Assembly (NCBI RefSeq): GCF_006345805.1
Contig: NC_043004.1
Span: 88,970,001-89,034,000 of the forward strand
Source of the DNA: Octopus sinensis
Taxonomy: Eukaryota
Direction of reading: 5' to 3'
DNA length: 64,000 nt
Part shown: piece after piece, positions 40,351 to 55,119 of the stretch
Position numbering within the stretch: position 1 is the first letter of the stretch
Layout of the letters: every line of letters begins with the position of its first letter
Position numbers and translations under genes: made by a program
Notes under the pieces: generated by a model
Seen by the model: only the letters and a program-made list of their open reading frames with translations
The model's database searches: none
Told to the model about the DNA's origin: nothing

Positions 40351-42469
40351 TTTTTGCTATTTTCGACAGCCTTTTTTTTAACTAAAGGATTAATCACTCA
40401 ATTTCTTGCCCTTTTCTCCATGAGATAAGGATAGCTATTTCAAAAGTCTAACAATCAATTATTACACCCATCTCACTAATCCTTTAGTAAATAAAAAATT
40501 GGCCATAGATAATAGGAAAGTACCCACATCATATATATATATATATATAGCTTTCAAAACATTTTTCTTTATTTAAGATCTAAAAAACCAACTAGAAACT
40601 AATTAAAGACTGACAGGAAACTAGACTAACAGATTAGATGAGTGCTGGTTGTAAGAAATGGTGAAAGCAATATGGGCACAGCAGAAAAATCCACTGGATG
40701 TTATCAACAAGTGCAAAATACACATACCAGAGAATGTAAAAATGTCAAGAACACTTTTGGGTGAACTTGGGCTAGATGAGTCACTGTCTGTTTCAAAGAA
40801 AATCAAGAAATACAAGGAAAGAAGAAAAAAAGATAAACAAAAATCACAGAAAAATGAGCTGTAGAAATCTATTGAGAATTATAATGGTGAGGAATAGAGG
40901 AAAGGAAGAACAAAGGAAGAAGATGATATGTATGGCTGAAGTTAAATTTGGTGTGATAAAAGCAAGAGTTAAGCTAATGATGAGGTCTATTGAGGTTTTT
41001 CAATTTAAAAAATTTGAATTTTTAAAATTTTATTTATTGATTTTTTTTTATATAGTTATATAATAATGAAACAATGATAGGGGAAAAAAATCAATGAAGG
41101 TTGACAGTTTCGATAGCAATATATTCAAAGTGTTAGATGAAAGACCAGAGATAAAGAAGATGAGTCGAATCTGACCTCACAGCAGAACCAGAAGGCCAGT
41201 GGGGGTGGTGGGGAAGAACATGAGAAGGGGAGCTGGTTCTAGAATAATGAGGTATGAAAGGAGTCAGATATCAGAGAAAATAATGTAGGACAGAGAAAGA
41301 CATAGAACAGAATAATAAGGCAAGTGATACATGCAAGAGATGAGAGAGAGAGAGACAGAGAGATGGTAATACATGAAATGTACTCAAGCAGAATAAAGGT
41401 GATATATATCCATGCAACAGTGAGAAAACAGCAGATTACCAATATATATATATATATATATGTGTGTATATATATATATATATATGAGAGAAAGAGAAAC
41501 AGTGAGAAAGAGATGGAAGGAAGGAAGAATGGAAGAGCTCCTCAAATTAACAAGTTTGGTGACACACAGCTCATGGATTGGCTTCTGAACTAATCATACT
41601 AAATGTGTATTGAATCAGTTACATCAATGATTGGAAAACTGGAAAAATAATATTAAGAACCATACAATCTCATAAATCTACTTCAGAAGATTTCCTTCGT
41701 TCTATTCTTGAAAATGCAAATACAACATGAATGTATATACCTAACTATTATATTTTTTTTTTTCTTATTTCAAAGTTATATATTTCACAATCAAATGACA
41801 GATATTTGGACATTTAAAATGGAACTTTTTTTTTTTTTTTTGAGACATTTCTAAAACAACCCAAGCTACAACATGGTGGGAGGTGGTTGATTTTGTGGTT
41901 TAAAATTAAATGTAAAACTCTCCCCCAACCCATACATCTGCTAAATGCAATCCAACACCATAAGCTATCACGAACAGATTCAATCATTTGTTCATTCATT
42001 TAACCCTTTCATTACCAACCCGACTGAAACCGGCTCTGGCTCTGTTGTACAAATGTCTTATTTTCTTAAGGTTTTAATTAAAATCTTCCACCAAACCTTA
42101 GTCACAATTTGTGTTCCTAACAATAGTTGAATGATAACTAAGTTATTTTACTAAATTCTTTGTTTATATTTAAAGTAATTGAAAGAAACACAGAGCATCT
42201 CAAAATAAATACAATAACGAAAGGGTTAACATCTATTTTTTACCATTCTAGCTTGGTCTTCAACAGACATTTATTCGAGGGAACAATTTATGACCAGGTG
42301 CCCTTCCTGTCACCAACCTTTGCCTGTTTTTCAAGTAAGCAAGTTTTTATTACTCCACTGGTCTTCTAAAGCATTGATTGGCCAGTCAACAAGGAATGTA
42401 AACATCTATCTTACCAGTTCACTCAGACAGTGACAAGCAAAGCCATGGGTTGTATGTGCAAACACACAA

Positions 42470-42527
<58 letters not shown>

Positions 42528-43202
42528 CAACAGGCTCCCATACAATTTCCATCAACCAACATCACTCACAAGGCATTGATCAACCCAGGGCTACAGAAGA
42601 TAGCCAAACAGTGGGACTGAACTTAAAACCACATGGCTGTAAAACTTGCATTCTTAAATTGGATTGTTGAATTAAGAAAACGTAAATAGAAAGTTCTGTG
42701 TCATTAATTACCATAAATTACTTCTGTAAATAAAATAACTCAAGTGTCCATGGACATCTACATATACTTGGTTCATCAACTAAAAACTGGTTAGCCATTT
42801 GGAAAAATGATAAAAATGGAAGCCCGGATGTTAACTGTTCATAATAAACATTTTATAATATAATTTATAACACACAGTAATTCCTTGCCCTATCACGGTT
42901 CACCAATCACAGTTTATTATTCAAGCTTACGTTGATTCCGCCATGGTGTTGTTTTGCATTTATAAAAAAAATCTAAACAAATTATAAAAATAATTTTTTT
43001 AAAATATACAGTACAGTACTGTTTCTACTTCACAGATTTTCACCTATCAGTAGTCAAGGAATTGCTGTACTCTTTTATTTATGTTTCAGTCATTAAACAG
43101 TGGCCATACTAGAGCACTGCCTTGAAGGTTCTAGTAGAGCAGTTCAGCCCCAGTACTTATTTAAAGTCCGGTACTTTTATCAATCTCTTGAAATTATTAA
43201 TA

Positions 43203-43237
<35 letters not shown>

Positions 43238-46200
43238 CACCATTTTACCAAATTTTTAATGAAAATTAAAGGGTGTGGGAATATAATATAGCAACTAATA
43301 ATTTAATTAATGAGGTCTAATTAAGTATTTAATCTAAGCACTAGTAAAAAACAATAAGTCAAAACCTACAAATAATAATTTGCCATTATTATAATGCTTA
43401 CAGTAAGTTCTATAAAGAACACTTGACACATGAGGTAGTAAGTTTGTAGCCGTGGGACATAAGTTATGTATTCTACAAGATGCTACTAATTACCCAACAC
43501 ATCTCAGTTGATTAATGAAGAAATAATTATTTTGACATCCGCTACTGTCCCAAAAACATTTAGGCAATTCCTGTGAACAATGTACAGAGATAAAAATCAA
43601 GCTAATGAGAGAGCCCTTTGCATAGTTGCTTGACATGCTAGAAATAGCTATGAAATTTCCATCAAATCACAACCCTATTGTTAGGACACATTGGATAATG
43701 TACTTCCTAGATCTCTCATGTCTGAACAAAACAAACTGAGATGGCCATAGCTGGAAAACCTTTTTATTATAATTCTGCTGGTTTGGGGCAGATTAGGCGG
43801 GGGGGGGGGTCATGCTAAAATAACAACAACAAAGATAAAAATCAATCATTTTATTGCTCCTGATGAAGGAGCAGGAAGTCCTGTTACCAGATGCCCTCCC
43901 AAATAGTATTAACCTTTGTTTAACATTTTTCAGATTATTTAAAACGTAAATTAGAACTTTCAACAAAACAGTTAGTTGGGAATAATTACAAAAAAATTTA
44001 ACTGTAGGTAAGACGACTACAAATGTTCTTTTCGTTCATTTTCTGCTTTTCTTTTTCTTTTTTTGGTCAAAATATCAACTCATTAGTACCAACAAAAATA
44101 CACACTGGTTGGTGTTAACAAAAAACCACAAACTGGTTAGTTATATTTAAAAAAAAAACAATAATAAAGAATGCACATTATTTATTAGGTATCAAACAAG
44201 TAGATTACATGAGAATATGAAGCCATACCATCACCACTGCCACACAATCTGCTGATATTAGGAACTGGTCACCAAAAGTAAAAAAAAAATAGTTAAGCAT
44301 GCATATGCTATGATATTAATTGCAGCAGTTTTACATTAAAGAAGCCAAAAAAAAAAAAAAAAAAATTAAAGAAAGAAAGAAAAAGCCAAACAGAAAAAAA
44401 GAAAAGCTTAAGTCCTCCAAGAAAAGCCAGAAAGAGAATATTGTATTGTAAAGGTAATGATGGTATTACATGTTCGAGACACTCTCAGCTTGACACTGCG
44501 GCTCAACGGTCCTGGCTGGGCTTCAGCTAACACAGGACTGGGACTCCCACTGGAGTCTGCAAAGCAATGGTACTGACATCTCACAAAACTAGCCAATTAA
44601 TAATATTATAGTTTCAGTATCTACATACTGACATTGTACTGCTGCTACTGCTGCACTAAGAGACATGGAAACAGAAAATCATAATTAATGGAAGGTTCTA
44701 TAGATCTCAGCAGAAGTAAACCAATTTGAGTGCATACGGCTTTTTTATGTGTCTGTATACCTATTTTGTAAGCTGTATGTTTGTGCACATATTTTCTAAG
44801 TGAGCTTGTGACAAATCCTATAAAACTGTGATATAATTCATATAATGATTAAAATATAATTCTGTTAAATTTATGATGAAACACAACCAAGGTGTTAAAA
44901 GAAACATTTGTCAATTTGTTGAGATTTTGTGGGATGCATTTTGTTCCGCTGATTAAAATGTTTCAGCATTAAATATTTACAAAATAAATTCTTAACAAAT
45001 TTGTTTATAAAATAATTTATGAATAATATCAAAGATGATTTTTGAAATATATATTTTTCTCAAATATATATTTGAAATATCTGTAAAAAATATAGAGGCA
45101 GAGAGATCGATACTTTCCAATTCTATTCTAAACCAAGGTCTTTGTAATAACAAGAATAGAAACATAAAAAAAAATTAACAAAACTGTAAAATATGGATCG
45201 ATTGAAATGGGTTGGAGAGGAATGGTCAAGACTAATGAAGCAGTAACAGCAGTAGTCTGTAATACTGAAACAAGAAATTTTAGTAGAAACTTTCAAACAA
45301 TTTAGAATGACTAGCTTAAAAATATTGAGACGTTACAGTAGGCAGTTACCAAAGATCAAACATTACTTCACTTCAAAGGGACTGAGAAAAATTAAGTAAA
45401 AAAAATAAATAAAATGAGACATTCAGAAGAAACAAAAGAATCTTTTGTCTATCAATTACTTTAGTTTTTTTTTTAATTTTATTTTTTAGTTAGCATCCTT
45501 AGAGGAAACAAACAAATTAATTTACATTCATTGCATAATCACTGCACAGCTAACCACAGTATTCTGATATGAGAAAAAAAAAGGATTGGCTATTATGAAT
45601 AAAGAACCTGGTTGCACTTGGTTGCAAGATCATGAGAAAAAAATTGTAATGCTGAATTTTCATGGTCAAAGTGATCAAACAAGAGTCAAAAAGAATTCTG
45701 AAGAATGTTGTCCTCTTACTATGGTATGGAAGCAATTGAAGGGAGCAGAAAGTTTGGGTAAAAGACAGATACTAAGGATATTCCCCCAGAGTAATAAAAG
45801 ATATAAAACAGGCATCATTCCATCAAGAGAAAAATAAAAAAAAAAAAAGGACAAAAGTGTGGTAAAGAATAAAAAAAAAAAGAATTATATGAAACAAGCA
45901 AGAGCTTTAGTGTGGTGGATAAGAAGCAGGGTCAAATGATATCAGCTGTGTGAATTATAGGAAAAACATTTGAATGAAATAGGATATATTAAGATCCTAA
46001 TCACAGCTATGAGAATTATCAGGTGATAAGAGCTGTTATAACAATTACAGAATCACAGCTATGAAATTATCAAGAGATAAGAGCTGTTGAAATGTTGATC
46101 ATAGTTACTTAAATTGTTACAAAATGATAATTCACAGAATTTTCGATTCCTTAAAGAAGTTTTTTTTCCTCTAATGTGCTATAATGAATTTTTAATCATT

Positions 46201-49200
46201 TAATTTTAAAAAGAAAATCTACATAAATATATATGATAGCCACTCTACTAAACAAATAATCACTTTCCTGAAATAAAATCTCACAAGCACATATCATCAT
46301 AGTATTAAAATAATTACAATGAAATATCAATGAGAGACATTTCCCTTCCCATTTCTCTTCTCTTCAAAAACATATGACACTCAGAGAAATCAGTCATCAT
46401 TACACTTCAAACAAACGGAGATAACTTTACTGTCATTTGTATCAATGTAAAGCTGAAATCAGGATATATCAAAATTGTAAATTAAAGAAAGAAGAGTTAA
46501 TTATTTAGGAGAACAGTTAGTTATAGAAGTAAAAAAAAAAATATTGTTTTTTTTTTTGTATTTTTTTTAAATAGCAAGAGAGAAAGAGAGAAAAGGGTAA
46601 TAATTACCCCCAAAAAAATGTAGATATATATATGCAATGTTTGACATGTTAAGTGTTTAGAAGTTAGTAACAAATGTAAGCAAACGGATTGCTTACCAAG
46701 ACTACAACACTGAGGTAAAGTCAATCAGGAATCAACGAAAGACTTCCCACCAAGTGACAGTAGCAAGTAGAGACAGCAGTGGCGGTAACAGCAACAGCAT
46801 GCACCCAGAAAGCCCATAGTAGTTAGCAATCAAGTAGAGGAACAAGAACAGCCAAATTGACCAAAACAAATCAGTGTGCATGTAGCTAATTAACCTCATA
46901 CACACCACACCAGGTGAATTAGCAAATAATCTTTTTTCATGATTAGCAACCACATCTTTTTTTTTTGTTTGTATTTACTTTTTGTTTGTTTTTCTTTTTC
47001 TTTTCATCTTCAAAATGACTGAGACAATTTAAAAGACTTAATGGATGTACAGCACTAACTTAAACTAAGAAAGACTATCAGTTAGTCAGAGTCATCATAC
47101 AGAGGTCCAGGGAAATATAACTTCCAAACCCAAAATATGAGACCAGACCAGACTGCCAATCAATATTGGAAACTAATTACAATTATAAACAGAATTTAAA
47201 ATCACAAACAACTAATAAATATTGATAAATTTAAATCTCATTTCTCTTTACCTTCCTTTTTCTTTTCTAATGAACCATCTTTTTTATCGACTATCTCAGG
47301 AGACATGGGTCTTGTAACAGGTAAACACGAAAGGTCTGGCTCAACAAATTCTTTTGGACCTACAAATCAACAATACTTTAGCATCAACGAACAAAATAAG
47401 TTGGGAAAAAAGCAATTTCAATACAAAGAAATACTTCAAAACTTAGAAGACAGCTTTCTTCAGAATGTCATGCAGAATAAATAATGGGTTAAATCTGTTA
47501 CACAAAGATCACCAAAGCTACTTTATTGCTGACAACCATCTCATAATGATTTCTAACATAGATGCAGGTATGGCTGCTTCTACACCACATGGTTCCAGGT
47601 TCAGTCCACTGCATGGTACTTTGGGCAAGTATCTTCTACGATAGCCTCAGGCCAACCAAAGCATTCTGAGTGGATTTGGTAGACGGAAACTGATAAAGGC
47701 CCTTTGTATACATCATCTTTAACATCATTTTCCATAGTGGTATGGGTTTGATGGTTTGACAGGAACAGGCAAGCCAGAGAGCTGCACCAGGCTCCAATTG
47801 TCTGTTTTGGCAAGGTTTCTATGGCTGGATGCCCTTCCTAATGTCAACCACTTTACAAAGTGTATTGGGTGCTTTTTATGTATGTATGTTGTGAGTGTAT
47901 ATTTGTCGTTTCCCAGTCTTGACATTGCATGATTGTAGCAAATGAATATCCTTCATTTCCAATATCCCATGTAAATGTGTCTGCCTATGAGGATAAACTT
48001 GATAAACTCTATCCAACCCATGCGAACATGGAAAAATGCTACAACAATGATGATAATGTAAAAAAAAGTGCAAAATTTTCCAGTAGAGTTGATTTGATCA
48101 TCCCCAGAATTTGACACAGATTTTTTTTATCCACTTTTTTTCCCAGAAGAATGAAAAACAGTGGAATTTGAACTCAAAATTTTATGGAATATAACTAAAT
48201 ACCACAAAACATTTTGTTTGATGTCCAACTGATTCTACCAATCTACTACTCAGTTACAGTCTCAAAAAAAAAAAAATCTTCTGAACAAATCTTAAGTTTT
48301 GTTGTTTACTGAAAATAAATCTCAATTGTTTGCTATCAAAACTAAAGTTCTGACTTATAAACCTTTGAATTACCAGTACGGTGCACCAAACAAGCTTTCA
48401 CATAGTTTCCATCAACCCAACTCTACTCACAAGGCTTGTGTTGAGTGAAAGCTATAGTATCTTTTATTTGCCTCAGTCACTGGACTGCAGCCATGCTGGG
48501 GCACCGCCTTGAACGGTTTAGTTAAATATATCGACATAAGTCTACTACTTATTCTATCAGGCTCTCTTTGCCAAACTTCTAAGTTATTGAGATGTAAACA
48601 AACCAACAAAAGTTGTCAAGTAGTGAAAGAAGAACAAACACAAAGGCACACACACATATACATATATATGACAGGTTTCCCCACAGTTTCTATCTACCAA
48701 ATTCACTCATCAGGCATTGGTCAACCAGGGCTATAGAAGGTGCCATGTAGTGGGAATGAACCCAGAACTTCATGACTGAAAAGCAAAGCGAACTTTCTTA
48801 ACTATTCCACCATGTGCTCATGACACACCTACACAGACACAAATTGCTTTCAGTGTTTTTGAAAAGCATTACAAACAAAAGTAACAGTATTATCAATAAC
48901 ACTCAGATTTTGATCATGATGTCAATACAATTATATTGCTGCTGAAATGAATCATACCCAGGGAACACAATTAAATACTGAAAAAAAAAGAAAGAAAAAA
49001 AAGAAAAGAAAGGACAGTATAGAATAGCAATGACATAAATCAATAGAGTTGTGAGAAAAAAAATTCTTGTACTACCAGTTTGTTAACCATTCTAACCAAT
49101 AAGACAAATATGGCAGGTTCCCGCCATCACAAGGGGCTTTGAGCAAGACTAGCTTTAATATTGATAGTGTGTACACTAACAAAAAAGATTGTCCACATTA

Positions 49201-52200
49201 AATCTATATCTTCTGAAGAGACGTTATAATAATGAGCTTTTTGTATGCAGTGCTCAGGTCACTACAACTCATTGCAAGAGGGTAAAAGAGGGGACAGAAA
49301 GCACCAATAAGTCGAGTAAAGAAGACAGCAATGATATAATTCTTTACTACCCACAAGGAGCTAAACACAGAGGGGAAACAAGGACAGACAAACGGATTAT
49401 GTCGATTATATCGACCCCAGTGTGTAACTGGTACTTAATTTATCGACCCCGAAAGGATGAAAGGCAAAAGTCAACCTTGGCAGAATTTGAACTCAGAACG
49501 TAACGGCAGACGAAATACGGCTACGCATTTCGCCCGGCGTGCTAACGTTTCTGCCAGCTCGCCGGCCTAAAGACAGCAATGATAACCAGCAGACTTATAT
49601 GTCAGCGTGGAATATAAGAAGACAGAAAAATAAACAGTAAAAAAAAAAAAGCAGCGAGGAAGAAAAGGCGCAAAGGTACAGCAGGGACAGAGTTGCTGAA
49701 ACTACAGAATTTAGGAAATAGCATTTCTCAATACAAATCTAATTGTGTGTCATTGGGTGTTATCAATCCATAGTGAAGGTACGTGATTTAGTGGTTAGAG
49801 CATTCAGCTCATGGTCAGGGTTGTGAGTTAAATTCCCAGCGGCGTGTTGTGTCCTTGGGCAAGACAATTTATTTCACGTTGCTCCTGTCCACTCAACTGA
49901 CAAAAAGGTCCCATTCTGTGTCATGCTGAATCTCCCTAAGAACTACATGAAGGGTATGTGTGTCTGCGGAGTGCTCAGCCACTTGCACGTTAATTTTACA
50001 AGCAGGCTTGGATCAACTGGGACACTTGGATCAACTGGGACACTTGTCGTCGTAACCGACGGGGTGCCAGTTATCATATAACATGAATGTGTACTATTTC
50101 CACACTGCAGAGGGTTGGGTTTCTAGCTAAAGGATAACTTACTTCCATTGTCACTTCTGACAGTTTCATAGGGCCTGAAAAGACAATGGTGCTGCCCCGC
50201 CTTCTTCTCTGAAGTAAGTCATTAAAACAAAAACACATCACATACGTATACACATTAGATGCATATGCTCATAAGTGCACACATATGCACACTCAGATGG
50301 AACATTTTAACATGAGACAATATAGAAAAGCACTTAAGACAATCACATAACAGTGTCATGTGATTGTAAGAGACACAATCTCATACACACACAAGCATCA
50401 GACATGCATACATATGCAAACACATTTGACAAAGACACGTGCACAACCACCCCAGACAAAGACAGACATACACAAATACATTAAACACACACATACAAGC
50501 ATATTAAACAAACACATGCTAGCACATTAGACACACACGTTCACATACACACACAAGTGCATTAAAACAACCAAATGGAAGCACCTGAAACAGTCATACA
50601 TACATACACAATCTAAACATACAGACAGACAATGGTAATCACATTAGACAAACACACATGCATTAGACAGATACATATAGGAACATGAGAGGGAAATACA
50701 CAGAAAGGTTAGACAGATAAACACACACACAAGATTATTAAACACATACAAGCAGGAACACAAACACACACATAGGAAGGGAAGAACATGAGCCAAACGC
50801 ACAGACACAATACAGAGATGACAATGGAGATACTACTCACCCGGACGTATTTTGCCTGAAGCTTTAGCCTGCACAAAGGTATGAATCAATTTTTGTACAG
50901 TCATCTCATCACAGTTATTTCTAAATTCATTATGTACCTGGCAAGAAGAAATATTGGTTTAAATTTTGGCATGAGGTCAGCAATTTCGGAGAGGAGGGAG
51001 GGAGTCACACGGGCCCTTAGAAGATCTGGGTTGGTGTCTGGCATGCTGGAAGATCACCGGGAGTGAGGCACCCCTTAACTTTTGCTAAAGCATGTCTCTT
51101 AGTACCCACTATCAAAACCAGGTTATGTCTGCTATGGTAATCAGTGGTGACTTGGTCAGTGAATACTCTGCAATGGTCAACAATTGATGGCAAAATGAGT
51201 TGCTATGGATCACAATATCCCTGAGTGTGTATGCATGTGACCAGAGACCAAATGTGAACTTGTATTCCCACTGAAATGCCAAATACGATTCATTGGTCGA
51301 AGCCAGCTCAACCCACCTTAGACAGGGAGAAATATTATTCATCGAACATATTATATTTACTGCATTATTCTTTCACTTTTACTTGTTTCAGTCATTAGAC
51401 TGTGGCCATGCTGAGGCACAAGCCTTGAAGGTTTAGTCAAACAAATCGAACCCAGTAATTATTTCTTTTTAAGTCCAACACTTATGTGTATTCTATCAGT
51501 CTCTTTCACCAAATCACTAAGTTACAGGGAAATAAACAAACCAACACTAGTTGTCAAGTTGGGAGAAAAGTAGAAACAAAGGCATAAACACACACGACAG
51601 GCTTCCACACAGTTTCCATCTACCAAATTCACTCACAAGGCATTTGTCAGTCAGGGTTGTAGTAAAAGATATTGAGCCATGGTGCTGTACAGTGCCTCTT
51701 ATTCAAGATAAGAGCTACCATTTGCAGCTGTTCCACTTAGTGTTTCCTCATACCATAATCTGTGGTCACTCATTGCACAAGATACTTCATCTAGCTACCA
51801 GCCTCTACAGTCATACATGAACGCATCTTTTCAAACTATTCTCATTCTTATATATTGCAGTGAAGCCATGTGTCTCCCCTAGAGCGAAACACTTGTGCTT
51901 TTCCCCAATATCATAATTTAGCCCCCACCCTCAACACCTGGCATAAAGCCACCTCTCCCTCTCAAATATTCCTCCTGTGCCCACTTATTCAATTAAGGTT
52001 TCTTGTGTTCTTTACCCTGTCTTGCAAATTACTTGGTGACCTCAGTGGTGCCAATGGCACAAAGATAAGCACTCGGTACACACTGTAAACTGATTGGTAT
52101 TAGGAAGAGTATCCAGCCATAGAAACCATGCCAAAGCTAATGCCAGAGCTTGACAATGCCCTGCAGCTGGCCAGATCCTGTCAAACAGACATTAAATGAT

Positions 52201-55083
52201 CACGATGATGACTTCCAGTTTTTTTTAATCTTCTCTCATGGCAGCCAGTATAAGTTTCTTTCATTTGATTCAAATTAGCAACACAACAATCATCATCATT
52301 TTAGAGACTATTTTTGCATGTTTGCATGGGTTGAACAGAGTTTATTGAGGCAGATTTTACTACAGCAGGATGCCTTTCCTGTCACTAACCCTCACATGTT
52401 TCTGAGCAAGGTGATATTTCTCTGTGACCAGACGATGTTTTTGCAGAACATTAGAAATGAATGAGACTGCTTGTATGACAGGGACACTCATTTACGACCA
52501 TCATGCAATGTCAAGACAAGGACATACAAACTTGCACTCACACCCTCACACACACTCATATTTTTCTTTACTAGTTTCAGCTTGAGAGCTGCAGCCATGC
52601 TGGGGCACTGGCGTTAGTGTTGCTACACTTTAACTAAACCTCCTCTGATATGTGGCACTTGGTGAATGAAGGAGTTTGATGTTGCTGCCCTCATCTGGGT
52701 TTCTTACCACAAGGTAGGTTCATCCAGAACTCTTGACAAGAGGAAATCCAGTTTTGTTTTGAAGACACCTACATCCACCCTATGTAGGTCTCACACACAT
52801 ATACATATAGATATATACATATACGACAGGCTTCTTTCAGTTTCTTTCTACCAAATCCACACACTGAGAATATGCTCAAGGTTCCACACAGTAGCACTGA
52901 ATCCAAAACCAAGTGGTTGGGAACCAAATTTCTCAGCCAAATAGTCACACCTGAACCTATCCTACATAACAATTACATAAACAACTATTAACAACTGACA
53001 AGCTCACCTGTCCAAGTAAGATGTGTTCATTAACCCATGCTTTAGAGTATGTATCTATGAAATCTTTCATCTGACGTGCATGCTCTTCTTCCAACTTTTG
53101 AAATTGCTGAAAATAGAAACACAAAAAAAAAAATGTTATATGAGAAAAAAGACAACATTATAATGTAACAAATTATATATTTTGTGAGAAGTAAAAAGAA
53201 ACATTTAATTTTATGAGCCTTGTAATTACCAAAATTGTATCACTTACAATTAAAATGTATAAAAATACAAATCAAATATTATAACAAGATATCTGAAAAT
53301 TATATAATTAACAAGATATTATTCTTCTTGTGAAGATGCAAAAAGTGACTCGCATTCCTTGTCCCACCAATTCTTCCCGGCAATAAATGCCCCTAGCTCT
53401 TCTATACTGCCCTTAGCCTGAACAGCTATCCCAGGCACTGGCACCCTTCATATCCATCAAGATGAAGAGGCTCAATCACTGGCTACAGATCTCCTATTTG
53501 GATATGAGTTGATGACAACAATTTTCAGTGATGTATAAGTGACCAAAATTACAACATTCTCCTTGAACAGGATGCCTGTTTTCACAGAATTCAATGTCAG
53601 CAATTTCAGGTGAGGGGGCAAGTCACTCACACTGACCCCCAGTACTTGACAACACTTTATTTTATCAACCCCAAAGGGATAAAAGTCAAAGTTGACCTTG
53701 GCAGAATTTGACCTCAGAATGTAAAAAGCCAGAAAAAATGCCACTAAACATTTTGTAAGACATGCTAACAATTCTGCCAGCTAACTGCCTTATTAGATAT
53801 GTACCTTGTGTTAAATTTAAACCTACAATTAAATTTCTTTAACTGACTTATTATAATGATTCTAGAAAAGGCATAAATATAGTTTTTGATGTTTACCTCT
53901 TCTTCTTAAAATCACAAATTTCATGCTTATTTAAAAAAAAAAAAACACTACTAAGTCAGTGACAAAAATTAGAACGTAAAATGTCAGCAAAATAGAAGTT
54001 TGGCAGAGCCATAACAATGACTAGCTCAGTAGAAAATAAATTCTAAGGTGGCGAGCTGGCAGAAACGTTAGCACGCCAGGCAAAATGCTTAGTGGCATTT
54101 CATCTGCTGCTATGTTCTGAGTTCAAATTTCTGGGGTCAACTTTGCCTTTCATCCTTTTGGGGTCAATTAAATAAGTACCAGTTATGCACTGGGGTAGAT
54201 GTAATTGACTTAATCCGTTTGTCTGTCTTTGTTTGTCCCCTCTGTGTGTAGCCTCTTGTGGGCAGTAAAGAAATAAGAAAATAAATTCACAGTAACAACA
54301 AAGACTGGCTTATTAGATCAGTAACAAAAATAAGACTTTCAGAAAAGTCAAGATCCAGCTGAGCAGCAAAATGAACCAATCCACCAAAAAATAAAAATGG
54401 TACAACAAATATCAAAATCTGACTTAGCAGTAAACAAAGACTAAATCAACAAACAAAACAAGATTTATTCCAAAGAAAACAAAGACTACTGCAAAAGAAA
54501 CAAGGACTGGCTCAGTAGAAACAACCACCTACCGCAGCAGAAACATTGGCACAGGAACTACTTGAGCAAAAACAAGGACTAGTTCAGTAGAAACAAGGAA
54601 TGACTTAGTAGAAAATGAAAATTGGCTCAACAGCAACAGAGACAATTTTCATAAGCAATTACAACAGGCTCAACAGCAAGCACTGGCTCAGTAGCAACAT
54701 AGAGTGGCTCAGCAGCATCAATCAGCAGAGCATAGATGAGAGTTTCAATGGCAAAGATTTAGGCAGTTGACATAAAATTTAGAACTGCAACACAGTATAT
54801 AGGCATAGGAGCGGCTGTGTGGTAAGTAGCTTGCTTACCAACCACATGGTTCCGGGTTCAGTCTCACTATGTGTCACCTTGGGCAAGTGTCTTCTACTAT
54901 AGCCTCGGGCCGACCAAACCTTTGTGAGTGGATTTGGTAGACGGAAACTGAAAGAAGCCCGTCGTATATATGTATGTGAGCCTGGAGCAGCTATCTGGTT
55001 CGCCAGCCCTCAGTCAAAATCGTCCAACCCATGCTAGCATAGAAAGCGGACGTTATGTGATGATGATGATGATGATGATGATG

Positions 55084-55119
<36 letters not shown>

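Noticed and set aside
42870-43050. Tigger/pogo-like terminal sequence (cagtaattccttgccctatcacggttcacc)
   Set aside because: Only one end is recognisable, with no matching TIR or TSD; too weak to annotate.
46690-46953. ORF with a hydrophobic stretch and a strong GTAAGC donor at ~46690
   Set aside because: No ATG-led or acceptor-led open frame reaches the donor in a compatible phase (an in-frame stop lies just upstream), and there is no family similarity.
51855-51900. gcagtgaagcc..gagcgaaacac, faintly hammerhead-like
   Set aside because: The CUGANGA core is absent and the stems do not pair convincingly. CTGATGA at ~43859 and ~62722 also lacks a matching GAAA/stem II.
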